A stretch of DNA of 64,000 nt, from assembly GCA_020050435.1 (NCBI GenBank), contig JAGVKQ010000022.1, positions 17,305-81,304 of the forward strand, written 5' to 3'. Shown here one piece after another: positions 46,154 through 56,454 of the stretch. The notes under the pieces were generated by a model that worked only from the letters and a program-made list of their open reading frames with translations, did not search any database and was not told the DNA's origin. This stretch comes from Candidatus Caenarcanales bacterium (GTDB lineage Bacteria > Cyanobacteriota > Vampirovibrionia > 2-02-FULL-35-15). The position numbers and the translations under genes were made by a program. Every line of letters begins with the position of its first letter. The first letter of the stretch is position 1.

Positions 46154-48493
46154 TTATAAACCACTGCTAGAAGATGAGCTTTTTAATTGATCTGCTCCAT
46201 CTTGTGGCGGATCAGAAAAACTCATTCCATCTATTCTTGTGCCGGGGGAAAATTTAGAAGTTGATTTTAAGAGCTTATCGTGAGGGGTAAATAGAGTGAA
46301 ATTTAAATCTCCTATTCTGTTTTGTGATGTACCCTGAAGGTTAATGTTATCGAAAACTATTTGATCGATGACTAATCCATCCTGAGTAGAGATAGTGATT
46401 TGTTCTTGCCCACTGTTATTTATCCCTATAGTTCCTGTATCTGCTATTTGTGATTTTATTGAGCTTGAGAAATTAGAATTGCTCCCACCACCAAAAATTA
46501 CAATTGATTCAAATCCCTGAAGAATGGTGTTTGGTGGCATGGTGTGTCTGACTCTTGTATTGTCTGATATTAAAAGATCACTAATATCTAGTGGGCTTGA
46601 TGTTACATTAACAATTTCTATAAACTCATCTTGATCACTTTTGAAAATACTATCTTTATTTGTGTCAGAGGTTGGGGCTGCTAAAACTTCATTAATTATC
46701 AATTGTTTTTCTAATACTGGACTTTTAATATTTACAGTAGTAGATAATTCTATAGATTTGTCCTGATAAGAAATCTCAATGGTTACAGAACCGTTTTTTA
46801 AAGGCTTTATTAGTCCTTTCTCTGCAGTAATTACACTAGTTGTTCCTGTTATTTTATATGTAGCATCTTGTGTGATTTCAATCTTAGTGTTGTCGCTATA
46901 CTCTGCAAAAACTTGAATCTGTTTTTCACTTCTATCTGAAAAATTTAAGATGTCAGGCGTAACTGATAAAGCTATTAGTTGATTGCTTTCAGGAGTACTA
47001 TCTGGGGTAAGTGTTGTTGTTGAAGATGGTGTGGGTGTAGACATTGAGCTGCTTGATGAAGTGGATGGTAATGAAGATATGGGGGTGGGAGCTTGGGGGG
47101 ATGGGGAAGGAAGAACAGGTGGAGCTTCACCAGGAGAAAATAGTTTACCAGGGTGCTTTATAAAACCACTTAAATCATCTTTTCTTTGCCATGAGGGATC
47201 ACCGCTTTTACCCGTAGGATATGCAATATAATCAATACTACTACCATTGCATTTAAAGTCCACCACTGCTCCGGAATTACTTAAATTAAATTTATTCTTT
47301 TCATTGCTAAAAATAACTAATCGAGAAAGTGCTTCTATGAAAGAGTCTTTTTCAAATTCAAAAATAGGCTTTTCAACTTCATTAACAATAAACTTGCATT
47401 TGCTTAAATCAAACCTTTGATCTTTTAGGTTTTTTAACTCTATAAATTCATCTTCATTTACTTTAGGAAATCCATCCATATTAGCGTCAGTTTCTTTAAT
47501 AAATCCTGAAGCAAAAGGGAAAATCTCATCAATAGCAACTTCATTAAAAAAAGGATTTCTTGGGGTTTGAACTAATATTTCTACAATATAATCTAATTTT
47601 AAATTGGTAGGCTTCCATATAAACTCTGCTTTTAAATTTGTTCTTCCATTAGAAATAGATTCTATCGCGTTGTCTTTTTTGATAATTTGTACGATACTTT
47701 CATCTTGAGAGGTCGTATCACAAAATTCCGTTATATCTTTTTTCTCTCCACTGTCAAAAAACAACATAACTTTATATTTGCTGTTTTCATTTAGCATTTC
47801 AAAAACACTTTTAAATAAATCAATTACTATAAAAATTGGCTTACCTGAAGAAGTGTTAAAAAGAGTGATTTCTTTGCTGGGGGCAGAATCTAAGTTATGC
47901 TTTCTGTAAAATGAATATATTTTAAAAGGACCAATTTCTATATCTTGAGGAAGCTTTAATTTACATGATGTATTTGATAATATATCTGCTTTAATATCTT
48001 TATTATTTAGGTGAAAGAAAAGATCATATTTTTTATTGAAGTCTCCTTTGAATACAATTTCCATGCCTGGGCTTGCAGAAACATCAATGGGCTCAAAAAT
48101 ATTAGGTGAATTGAAAGTTACTTTTAGAAATGACTCCTCAGGGAAAATCACCTCTTTACTCTTATATCCAAGATATTCAGTATATAGTTTGATTTGTGCA
48201 TCTTTTTGAAGTGCTATGTTTGGTGTAGTGAAAACTAGTAAGTTTTTCTTAGCTGAGACTATTCGACATGGATAATTGTTTATAAATATTTTATTTGCAT
48301 TTATAGGGGTCTCGAAAAAATTCTTACCAAATATTTTTACTTTTTGTCCTGGTATTAAGTAATTTGGTTCTATTCGAGAAATCTCTGGATCTTTACCAAG
48401 GCTATCTATATCAGGAATTGAAAAAGCTAATCCTTTCAATCCTATTAGTAGCACTAACAATGCAATAAGAATAATATTTTTACTTCTTTTCAT
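46154..48493 (-). CDS. Exported protein with IPT/TIG, Ig-like and two lamin-tail domains
   Basis: PEISRIEP; duplicated I[DN]E[IV]....D.N.D....DEFIE.N...D.S and FSPG motifs; S/T/P linker. Confidence 0.8.
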   Translation of the reverse strand: MKRSKNIILIALLVLLIGLKGLAFSIPDIDSLGKDPEISRIEPNYLIPGQKVKIFGKNFFETPINANKIFINNYPCRIVSAKKNLLVFTTPNIALQKDAQIKLYTEYLGYKSKEVIFPEESFLKVTFNSPNIFEPIDVSASPGMEIVFKGDFNKKYDLFFHLNNKDIKADILSNTSCKLKLPQDIEIGPFKIYSFYRKHNLDSAPSKEITLFNTSSGKPIFIVIDLFKSVFEMLNENSKYKVMLFFDSGEKKDITEFCDTTSQDESIVQIIKKDNAIESISNGRTNLKAEFIWKPTNLKLDYIVEILVQTPRNPFFNEVAIDEIFPFASGFIKETDANMDGFPKVNEDEFIELKNLKDQRFDLSKCKFIVNEVEKPIFEFEKDSFIEALSRLVIFSNEKNKFNLSNSGAVVDFKCNGSSIDYIAYPTGKSGDPSWQRKDDLSGFIKHPGKLFSPGEAPPVLPSPSPQAPTPISSLPSTSSSSSMSTPTPSSTTTLTPDSTPESNQLIALSVTPDILNFSDRSEKQIQVFAEYSDNTKIEITQDATYKITGTTSVITAEKGLIKPLKNGSVTIEISYQDKSIELSTTVNIKSPVLEKQLIINEVLAAPTSDTNKDSIFKSDQDEFIEIVNVTSSPLDISDLLISDNTRVRHTMPPNTILQGFESIVIFGGGSNSNFSSSIKSQIADTGTIGINNSGQEQITISTQDGLVIDQIVFDNINLQGTSQNRIGDLNFTLFTPHDKLLKSTSKFSPGTRIDGMSFSDPPQDGADQLKSSSSSSGL

Positions 48494-50123
48494 ATCTTGC
48501 CAAGTACTTTTTCCTTTTCTCAATTTCTTTTGTAAACCAGCCCCCAGTCCTCGAGTCTATTTGACTAGTGAGCTCTGCTATTTCAAGATCTCGTTTTATC
48601 TTCTCATTAACTGAAAGATTTTCTAAGTACAGATTTTCAAGTTGTGCTTTTCTTCTTTGAAAGTAAATCCTAGTAATGTCATCTAATAAATTTTCTTTTA
48701 TATTTGCAGTAAGTCTAGCCTGACTTAAAACATTATTTATTTCATCATCATATATAAGCTGATCAGTGTTCCAAAATACAGATACCTGCTTATAATTCCG
48801 ACCATCTCTTTGAAGCTGTAAAGTCTTATCGGAATTAAATTTATTGTCTAAAGAAATATCTGTAGAAATGCCTTTTTGAAGTTCGGAATAATTAGAATTA
48901 GTATCAGTAGAATTTAGATCGAAAGAAACTCTAGGGACTATGTTTCTCAACCTTGCCTGTGTTCTATATCGTTTGAAATCGTGGCTTGTGGGTAATGAAG
49001 AAAATTTCAAAGCTTGTTTTTGCACTTCAATGGCTGATGGTTCTAGCTCTTGTAGATAGGTAAATGATTTCTCTATCTCACCCTTTAGGACAAGGGTTGA
49101 TGGTTTCTCTTGCCCTAATCCAAACAATCCTTCATCTGTAGCCGCATAAATAGTTTCATTGGATGAATTTAGGAAATAAACGTTTTTATTGTTTTCTTTT
49201 GTTCTTATTCCACCTGCTAGCTCATTCCAGAAATCATCTTTTAATTCAAAAATACCGCTGGCAGTAGCAGCATATAAATTGTTTTTATCTTCTAATAAAT
49301 AATAAGCTTCATTAAAGCCATCAATGTTTTCTTTTATTCCTTGGCTTATATTTTCCCAGGAGTTTTCTTCATATTTATATATTCCTCTTCCGCAGGCAGC
49401 CAAGAGGTTGTTTCTATTATCAATTAACAAATGCCTACAGTTAGTTCTGTTGTCAGGGAGTCTGCTTATGCCATCACTTCTGTCTTCCCAGGACTGGTCT
49501 ATTGAATTTAACTTGTAAACCCCATTTGATGTACTAAGGTATAAATCCTCTCCATTTTTTAAAATAAACAATGCTTCATAATTACCTGATTCTATGTTTG
49601 GCTCTAGACCTTTATTTGATCTTTCGCAGTTTCCCCCATTACAGATCCATAAACCATCATTACTGCAAAAATATTTTTTATTGTTGTCTACAAAAACTGA
49701 GTTTATATTAAATGAATCAGATTTAGCACGTTCAAACACTTTCTCCCATTTTGCTTTTTCAAGACTTGATTCATATGCGCCAAAACTTGTAGCAATGTAT
49801 ATTTTGTCTTCATAAATTTCTATCCAGTTAACAAGAGCATTTCCATTTTCATCTTTCTCTAAATCTTTAGTTCCAAAGTCTTTCCAGGTCTTTCCTTTAT
49901 CTTTGCTTACTTTCACTCCATTTCCAGTCCCTATAAACATTTGCTCATCTTTAAGAGCTATGCTTTTTACTACTCTTTGTCGTGGCTGATAAACTAGCTT
50001 CCAGGCTTCATTTGAGCTTCCTTTTGTCTGTAAGCATGAAATAAAGAATAAATGCAAAAAGCATAAAGTAAAAGACATTTGTACTACTTTTATCGTCCAT
50101 ATTTTTCTCTTTCCTTTAAACAT
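48480..50123 (-). CDS. Beta-propeller protein with a C-terminal OEP/TolC-like helical region
   Basis: Repeated LYAAT..G and W....G blades, SKDKGKTW Asp-box; C-terminal ITRIYFQRR...D..TGGWF. Confidence 0.7.
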   Translation of the reverse strand: MFKGKRKIWTIKVVQMSFTLCFLHLFFISCLQTKGSSNEAWKLVYQPRQRVVKSIALKDEQMFIGTGNGVKVSKDKGKTWKDFGTKDLEKDENGNALVNWIEIYEDKIYIATSFGAYESSLEKAKWEKVFERAKSDSFNINSVFVDNNKKYFCSNDGLWICNGGNCERSNKGLEPNIESGNYEALFILKNGEDLYLSTSNGVYKLNSIDQSWEDRSDGISRLPDNRTNCRHLLIDNRNNLLAACGRGIYKYEENSWENISQGIKENIDGFNEAYYLLEDKNNLYAATASGIFELKDDFWNELAGGIRTKENNKNVYFLNSSNETIYAATDEGLFGLGQEKPSTLVLKGEIEKSFTYLQELEPSAIEVQKQALKFSSLPTSHDFKRYRTQARLRNIVPRVSFDLNSTDTNSNYSELQKGISTDISLDNKFNSDKTLQLQRDGRNYKQVSVFWNTDQLIYDDEINNVLSQARLTANIKENLLDDITRIYFQRRKAQLENLYLENLSVNEKIKRDLEIAELTSQIDSRTGGWFTKEIEKRKKYLARYEKK

Positions 50124-50321
50124 AAGGAAAAGAATTTATAGAAAATAAATAAAATCTGCAACTCGTAATATGATACCTACGGTTACATTTGTTACGTTCT
50201 TGATACCCTGGGTTACATTTAAATATTAAGATTTGGTTAAATAGTAAATTTTTCCTATAATCTATCAAAAAACCTTTCTCCGTGACTTTATATAAGCACA
50301 AGGAATTAAGGAGAGTGAGCG

Positions 50322-50891
50322 ATGACACAATTAACAAATATATTAGAAAACAAATCAATATCAAATGAAATAATTCAAATTAGTCATATCAAAGGTGAGT
50401 CAGTATTTATGACTGATCCAGAAGGTAAAAGAATTGAAGTTAAATACACAGAGCAAGGATCAAAAATAGTTTTTACAAGAGACTCAGAAGGCAGAGCAAT
50501 AGCTATTGAAGAAAGAGTAAATGGAACTAAGCTTTATCATATATCCAGCGACAGCTCAGGTTTACCATCATCACATGAAATTAAAGATGATCAAAATGAA
50601 ATTGTTTACTTCTATGATGTAGTAGGTAAACTTCAACATTTCGTAGAATTAAAAAATAACGGTGATAGAATCAGCACAATTCTTGATACTGGTTGTATGT
50701 ATTCAATTGAACAAAAACAACTCGGTGGAATAGTTTTCAAAGCATGGAAAGTAACTGCAGAAGAAACATTTGAAGCAATGGTTTGGTTGCATCAAGATGG
50801 TGAAATTACTGAATATGGTACTGAAGATGTAATCGCTGATATTTATGCAAAGTTTTCAAGATTTTTAGATGGCGCTCGTGTTAAATCCTAG
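50322..50891 (+). CDS. Hypothetical beta-rich protein
   Basis: 189 aa; AAGGAG RBS; followed by a terminator. Confidence 0.75.
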   Translation: MTQLTNILENKSISNEIIQISHIKGESVFMTDPEGKRIEVKYTEQGSKIVFTRDSEGRAIAIEERVNGTKLYHISSDSSGLPSSHEIKDDQNEIVYFYDVVGKLQHFVELKNNGDRISTILDTGCMYSIEQKQLGGIVFKAWKVTAEETFEAMVWLHQDGEITEYGTEDVIADIYAKFSRFLDGARVKS

Positions 50892-50926
50892 TAGAAGTTG
50901 CGTTGATTTCTACTATCTCCTCCTTG

Positions 50927-50960
50927 CAAAGAACCCCTCCTAACCGAGGGGTTTTTTGTT
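50927..50960 (+). terminator. Rho-independent terminator
   Basis: AACCCCTC-ctaacc-GAGGGGTT followed by a T run. Confidence 0.8.
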
Positions 50961-50969
50961 TATTATATT

Positions 50970-51263
50970 GCCACCAGACAAGCTGGTGGCTTCCTATGAT
51001 CAATTCTATGCCCTTGTACGGATCCACCAAATAAATTGGATGGATCCTTTATTTGTGAATAAGTTTTTGTTTCTTTATAAAAGGTATAGGTTCAAACAAG
51101 TTGAACCTTTTCGCTAAAATATGAATTCAATGGGTCGGATCCACCGAATCCATCCTTCGGGAAACTTCGTTTCCTCTTCGGATGGCAGGAAATCGGATGG
51201 ATCCTCTATGTGCGAGTAAGTTATAAATAGCTTTCTGAACTGGTCACAATTTGTGACCAGTTC
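50970..51263. repeat. Cluster of five REP-like palindromes
   Basis: GCCACCAG..CTGGTGGC; two GGATCCA..TGGATCC; AGGTTCAA..TTGAACCT; GAACTGGTCACAA-T-TTGTGACCAGTTC. Confidence 0.8.
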
Positions 51264-51323
51264 GTATTTCTGTCTCTACAAATACTTTCTGCTATCATAT
51301 TACAGGTATTTGGGAGGATATTT

Positions 51324-52382
51324 ATGAGTAAAAGATTAGCGATTCTAACTGGTGGCGGAGACTGTCCAGGATTAAATAATGTAATTAGAGCAGTAGTATT
51401 TCAAGCAGTAAAAAAATACGGTGATGAAGTTATTGCCTTTGAGTATGGATGGAAAGGTCCCATCCAAAATATCACTAGATCGTTAACTCTTAAAGATGTA
51501 GATCATATATTTAATGAAGGTGGAACGATAATTAAAAGCTCCAGAACAAATCCTTATAAAGTAGAAGGCGGTCCACAAAAAGTAATGGATACCCTCAAGG
51601 CAAATAAAATTGATGCATTAATAGCTGTGGGTGGAGAAGATACATGTGGAGTAGCAGATAAGTTGGTAAATGATTTTAAAGCTCCTATTGTTTGTGTACC
51701 TAAAACTATCGATAACGACTTAAATGCTACAGATCAAACCTTTGGTTTTGATACATCTATTTCTATAGTTTGTGATGCCTTGGATAGATTACATACGACT
51801 GCTAAATCTCATGACAGAGTTTTAGTTCTTGAAGTTATGGGACGCCATGCAGGATGGATAGCTACTATGGGCGGAATGGCTGGAGCAGCAGATTATATCT
51901 TAATTCCAGAAGAACCATTTGATATTAAAAAAGTAGCTGAAGCAATTAAGATTAGAAAAAAAGAAGCTGGTTACGCCATTATCGTAGTTGCTGAAGGTGC
52001 AAAGTTTGCTGAAGGCGAAGTTTTAAAAGATCAGGAACTCGATGCTTTTGGTCACGTAAAACTTGGTGGAATTGGCGATAGAGTAGCAAAAAATATTGAA
52101 GAGCTTACAGGCTTTGAAACCAGATCTACTACCTTAGGTCATATTCAAAGAGGTGGATCACCTACAGCTTATGATAGAGTTCTTGGAACTAGATATGGAC
52201 TTGCTGCTGTAGATCTTATTCATAACAATAAACTAGGAAGAATGGTTTCACTTCAAGGTATTAAGATTACTGATGTAGCTATTAGAGAAGCTGTTGGTAC
52301 CCTTAAAACTGTAGAAATGACTATTTATGATCAGACTAGGGTTTTCTTTGGTGATGAAGTAAGACCAAAAGCAAAAGCGTGA
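51324..52382 (+). CDS. pfkA: 6-phosphofructokinase family, PPi-type signature
   Basis: GGGDCPGLN, GGEDT, PKTIDND, MGRH and GHIQRGG motifs. Confidence 0.92.
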   Translation: MSKRLAILTGGGDCPGLNNVIRAVVFQAVKKYGDEVIAFEYGWKGPIQNITRSLTLKDVDHIFNEGGTIIKSSRTNPYKVEGGPQKVMDTLKANKIDALIAVGGEDTCGVADKLVNDFKAPIVCVPKTIDNDLNATDQTFGFDTSISIVCDALDRLHTTAKSHDRVLVLEVMGRHAGWIATMGGMAGAADYILIPEEPFDIKKVAEAIKIRKKEAGYAIIVVAEGAKFAEGEVLKDQELDAFGHVKLGGIGDRVAKNIEELTGFETRSTTLGHIQRGGSPTAYDRVLGTRYGLAAVDLIHNNKLGRMVSLQGIKITDVAIREAVGTLKTVEMTIYDQTRVFFGDEVRPKAKA

Positions 52383-52390
52383 AATTCAGG

Positions 52391-52469
52391 AAGGTGAGGT
52401 TTGCAAAACTCACCTTCACAGACCATAATGTATAAATGAAAAGACGTCTTACAGGGCGTCTTTTTTTTT
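52391..52469 (+). terminator. Hairpin plus intrinsic terminator between the pfk genes
   Basis: AAGGTGAG-gtttgcaaaa-CTCACCTT; AAAAGACGTC-ttaca-GGGCGTCTTTTTTTTT. Confidence 0.7.
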
Positions 52470-52483
52470 GCTAAAATTAGCTC

Positions 52484-53575
52484 ATGCCTAAAAATAAAAA
52501 AATAGGAATATTAACTGGTGGTGGAGATTGTCCAGGATTAAATGCTGTAATTCGTGCAGTAACTAAATCTGCTCACGAAAATGGATATGATGTCATTGGT
52601 TTTAAAGATGGTTTTAAAGGACTAGTTGAAAATGATTTTATTGAATTAACTGATTGTATGGTTTCAAATATCTTAACTCAAGGGGGAACGATTCTTGGGA
52701 CTTCTAATACTGCTAATCCATATAGGTGGGCAAAAAAAGATAAAAAAGGAAATCTAATATTTGAAGATCTGTCAGAAAAAGCCATTTCAAATTTTAAAAA
52801 AAATAAATTAGAAGCATTGGTTGTTTTGGGTGGTGATGGTTCCATGGCAATTGCAAATGATTTAGTGAATGATGGACTTAGTATAGTAGGTGTCCCAAAA
52901 ACCATTGATAATGATCTTCCCCATACTGATATGACTTTTGGATTTAATACTGCTGTTAGAACTGCTACTGGAGCTATTGATAAAATTCATACTACAGCTC
53001 AGTCGCATCATAGAGCCATGGTTGTAGAAGTAATGGGACGGTATACAGGCTGGATAGCACTTTATAGTGGTGTAGCTGGTGGTGGTGACATAATTTTAAT
53101 TCCTGAGATTCCATATGAAATAAAATCCATTTATAAAACAATAAAAGAAAGAAAAGAAAATGGTAAGAACTTTACTATTATTGTTGTTGCTGAAGGTGCA
53201 AAACCTAAAGGTGGAGATTTAACGGTTAGGAAAGTAATTAAAAATTCTCCTGATCCCATTAGACTTGGTGGTATTGGAATGAAATTAGCAAATGAAATAG
53301 AAGAGAATACTGGCATTGAATCCAGAGCTACGATATTAGGTCATATTCAAAGAGGGGGTGTGCCTACTCCATTTGATCGTGTACTTGCTACAAGATTTGG
53401 TGTAGAAGCTGTGAATCATGTTTTAAATAAAAGATATGGAAAAATGGTTGTTTTAAAAAATAATGAAATATCTTCTGTGCTTATATCCAGTGTTACCAGT
53501 GAAGTTAAAAATGTGCCAAAAAATTATAGTTTGATAAAAGCTGCAAGAGCTGTTGGAACGTGTTTCGGAGACTGA
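52484..53575 (+). CDS. pfkA: 6-phosphofructokinase family, ATP-type signature
   Basis: GGGDCPGLN, GGDGS, PKTIDND and MGR motifs. Confidence 0.92.
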   Translation: MPKNKKIGILTGGGDCPGLNAVIRAVTKSAHENGYDVIGFKDGFKGLVENDFIELTDCMVSNILTQGGTILGTSNTANPYRWAKKDKKGNLIFEDLSEKAISNFKKNKLEALVVLGGDGSMAIANDLVNDGLSIVGVPKTIDNDLPHTDMTFGFNTAVRTATGAIDKIHTTAQSHHRAMVVEVMGRYTGWIALYSGVAGGGDIILIPEIPYEIKSIYKTIKERKENGKNFTIIVVAEGAKPKGGDLTVRKVIKNSPDPIRLGGIGMKLANEIEENTGIESRATILGHIQRGGVPTPFDRVLATRFGVEAVNHVLNKRYGKMVVLKNNEISSVLISSVTSEVKNVPKNYSLIKAARAVGTCFGD

Positions 53576-53576
53576 T

Positions 53577-54326
53577 ATGACGATTCTGGAATCATTTCAA
53601 AACTCATTACTTTTTTTACCAGATAAAAATAAATATGGTTCGCCTGAAGGTTGTGGCTTTCCATATGAAGAAGTCTATATGAATACTTCTGATGATGAGA
53701 AATTGAATGGATATTTTTTTTCATCCCCATCCGATAAAGTAATTCTCTATCTACATGGAAATGCGCAGAACATAAGTGCTTGGTATGAAGCAGGAGTGGA
53801 GATAAGAAAAAAAATAGATGTAAATGTTTTAATTGCTGATTATAGAGGCTATGGGAAAAGTACAGGAAAACCTAGTTTGGAAGGCGTAGTAGAAGATGCT
53901 TTAGCTATGTATGATTATTTGATTCAAAGAGGATTTAAAGAAGAAAATATTTCTCTTTATGGAAGATCTCTTGGTGGTGGAATAGCATTAGAATTAGCTA
54001 ATAGAAAAAAAGTAAAGTCTGTAACTTTAGTTTCTGCATTTACATCTCTTTTAGATATGGCTCGTGAGCATTATCCACTAATTCCAGCTAATGTCATTAG
54101 AAATGACTTCTTAAACTCTAGAGAATTAATAAAAAAATTAACCTGCCCAATCTTTATAGTTCAGGGTGATAAAGACAGTATTGTTATGCCGAGTCATGCT
54201 TTTAACCTTTATGAAGCAGCACCTGAACCTAAAAAGATTTTAATCTTGAAAGGTGCTGGACATAATGATTTACTGCCTTTTTACAATGATGAATACTATG
54301 AAACTTTAAGAGAATTGGTGTTGTGA
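53577..54326 (+). CDS. Alpha/beta hydrolase (ABHD13/YfhR-like)
   Basis: HGNA, DYRGYGKS, GRSLGG, GDKD and GAGHND motifs. Confidence 0.92.
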   Translation: MTILESFQNSLLFLPDKNKYGSPEGCGFPYEEVYMNTSDDEKLNGYFFSSPSDKVILYLHGNAQNISAWYEAGVEIRKKIDVNVLIADYRGYGKSTGKPSLEGVVEDALAMYDYLIQRGFKEENISLYGRSLGGGIALELANRKKVKSVTLVSAFTSLLDMAREHYPLIPANVIRNDFLNSRELIKKLTCPIFIVQGDKDSIVMPSHAFNLYEAAPEPKKILILKGAGHNDLLPFYNDEYYETLRELVL

Positions 54327-54409
54327 ATTAATTAGGTATTACAGAAAAGTCTACTTGAAATTAAGATTTCTAATTGATAATATTTATCCAATTAATTTAA
54401 GAAGGTTAT

Positions 54410-55351
54410 ATGATTTTATCTATTTCTGTTAGTACTGCTCAAAGTAGATTTTTACCACAAATTCCAATGAAATCGGTGAGATCATTGTTAGGAAACAGAG
54501 CTATTTCAACGATTGCTACTCTGTTTGGGCATGCTATTCATCCCTTAGATGCAGCAGTAATTAGTACAAAGTTTTTTAGACAGATTTCAGATAAAATTGG
54601 TGATGCTTCTATACTTAATACAAGAGCAATTCAGGAAGTAAATTTCCCAACTTCGGATGGAAGACTTTTACATGGTTACTATATTCCTGCTGAAGAGAAA
54701 ACTGATAATGTGGTTTTGTTTTCCCATGGAAGAAGTGGGGATGTGAACTTCTGGTGTCCTTCAATGCTTTCATTACAAAAGGGCTTACAAGGACAAGACA
54801 AAAATACCAACTTATTTTTATTTGACTATAGAGGGTATGGAAAAAGTGAGGGGAATAGACCTACAAGATTAACTGCACCTAAAGATGCATATGCTGCTTG
54901 GTGTTTTTTAAGAGCTGCAAATTTCAAACCTGAAAACATTCATATGGTTGGTCATTCTACCGGGTCTGCTGTAGCTCTTAAAACAACTATAATGTTAGAA
55001 AAATACAGAGGAGAAAAACCAGCATCTTTAATTCTTGCTTCTTCTTATGAATCCCCCAGGCAAGCTGCAATTTGTGCTAAACCTGGGATTGGTCCTTTGA
55101 AAGTTTTTGTCGTTGGTAAAACAATCTTAAATCCAGAAGTAATGATACGTAAAATTAGTCCTGCAGTTCCCGTGAGATTTATTCATGGAACTGGTGATAA
55201 ATACTTTCCACATGAACACTCAGAAACTTTATTTGAACGATCAGTAGCTTATGATAAAGATATAATTTTACGTGAAGATGGGCAGCATGTTGAAATTTTT
55301 ACCGAACTTGGTCCTGCTGAATTTGCAAGGTTAACTTCTTTATTCAATTAA
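54410..55351 (+). CDS. Alpha/beta hydrolase, divergent paralog with an N-terminal extension
   Basis: SHG, DYRGYGKSEG, GHSTG, HGTGD and GQH motifs. Confidence 0.88.
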   Translation: MILSISVSTAQSRFLPQIPMKSVRSLLGNRAISTIATLFGHAIHPLDAAVISTKFFRQISDKIGDASILNTRAIQEVNFPTSDGRLLHGYYIPAEEKTDNVVLFSHGRSGDVNFWCPSMLSLQKGLQGQDKNTNLFLFDYRGYGKSEGNRPTRLTAPKDAYAAWCFLRAANFKPENIHMVGHSTGSAVALKTTIMLEKYRGEKPASLILASSYESPRQAAICAKPGIGPLKVFVVGKTILNPEVMIRKISPAVPVRFIHGTGDKYFPHEHSETLFERSVAYDKDIILREDGQHVEIFTELGPAEFARLTSLFN

Positions 55352-56422
55352 TAAAGCCAATTTTTTATTTATTATTACTTCAGGTCTGTCTAATTCTTCT
55401 TTAAAGTGATATCCAAAACCTACATCGCTAAATTGAATCTTTCCCATCTTTTCTTTATTAGTTAAAGTTATTGGCATATTGATTTCAAGATTTGAAAGCT
55501 TGAAAGAAAATACTGGAGTGTGTCCAATAATCTGATAAACATTTGGAATGTCGATGTCATCTAGGTTTGTAGGGTAGATCTTAAGTGCAGAAATTCCTGT
55601 TCTCCTCCAGATGAAAGAAGTATTTATATCGTTTTTCTTAGAGTACATGTTAAATAAAGGATCATCTGTAAATGATTTCATCATTAGTTTCCAGTCAATT
55701 CTATTTGTTTTTTTGAATTCAATGAACATATCATATGCAAACTTTCCATGTTCTTTTAGTCTTTCATTTAATTTGTGAGCAAAGTCATAAATATCGCTAT
55801 TTTTTTCTAATCCAAGTTCTATAAAATCATCATTAATTGCAAAGCTGTGAATATATAAAATAGGGAAGTCCTGTAATTTATCATCTGCTACGTAAGCCGC
55901 TAATATCTCTCCATCAGCAATATTTTTTAATAAGCTTTCTGTAACTTGATAATTATTATTTATATCTATTACTGAATCCTGCGCTGGAAAAATCAAAGGG
56001 TATCCATTTGGATCTCTTTCAAAGAAAGCCATTTCATGGTTTCCTATTAATCTGTAGATCTTTACTTCATTCTCAATTTGTTTATTTACCCAAAAATCAA
56101 CACAGTCACTATTTTGCCCTCTGTCATAAAAATCTCCCAGAAAAATATAATCATGTGTTTTTTTGAGATTTAAGTCACTATCTAAGAGTCCATGTCTATA
56201 TAGAGTAGTTATCATGTGAACTATATCTCCATGAATATCAGGGATATACACAGTTTCTCCATTTGAAAAAGATAAGTGAGGGTCTTTTTTTATAGTCTTT
56301 AAATGCTCTTTGAGCTTTTCAATTAACTTATTTGTTTTTTCTTCAATTAAAACGCTGTCTGCATACTGCATTTTCCCAGCAGTTTGAAATGTCTTTTTTG
56401 ATTGTTTTAAAGATTGTGTCAT
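55340..56422 (-). CDS. Calcineurin-like metallophosphoesterase
   Basis: DIHG, GDFYDRG, GNHE and GHTP motifs. Confidence 0.88.
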   Translation of the reverse strand: MTQSLKQSKKTFQTAGKMQYADSVLIEEKTNKLIEKLKEHLKTIKKDPHLSFSNGETVYIPDIHGDIVHMITTLYRHGLLDSDLNLKKTHDYIFLGDFYDRGQNSDCVDFWVNKQIENEVKIYRLIGNHEMAFFERDPNGYPLIFPAQDSVIDINNNYQVTESLLKNIADGEILAAYVADDKLQDFPILYIHSFAINDDFIELGLEKNSDIYDFAHKLNERLKEHGKFAYDMFIEFKKTNRIDWKLMMKSFTDDPLFNMYSKKNDINTSFIWRRTGISALKIYPTNLDDIDIPNVYQIIGHTPVFSFKLSNLEINMPITLTNKEKMGKIQFSDVGFGYHFKEELDRPEVIINKKLALLIE

Positions 56423-56454
56423 AAGCTCTGGCTTATATGTGCCAGATATATTGT

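Noticed and set aside
50970..51263. CRISPR array or integron attC array
   Set aside because: The repeats differ from one another, are irregularly spaced and have no cassette ORFs; no cas or intI gene is present.
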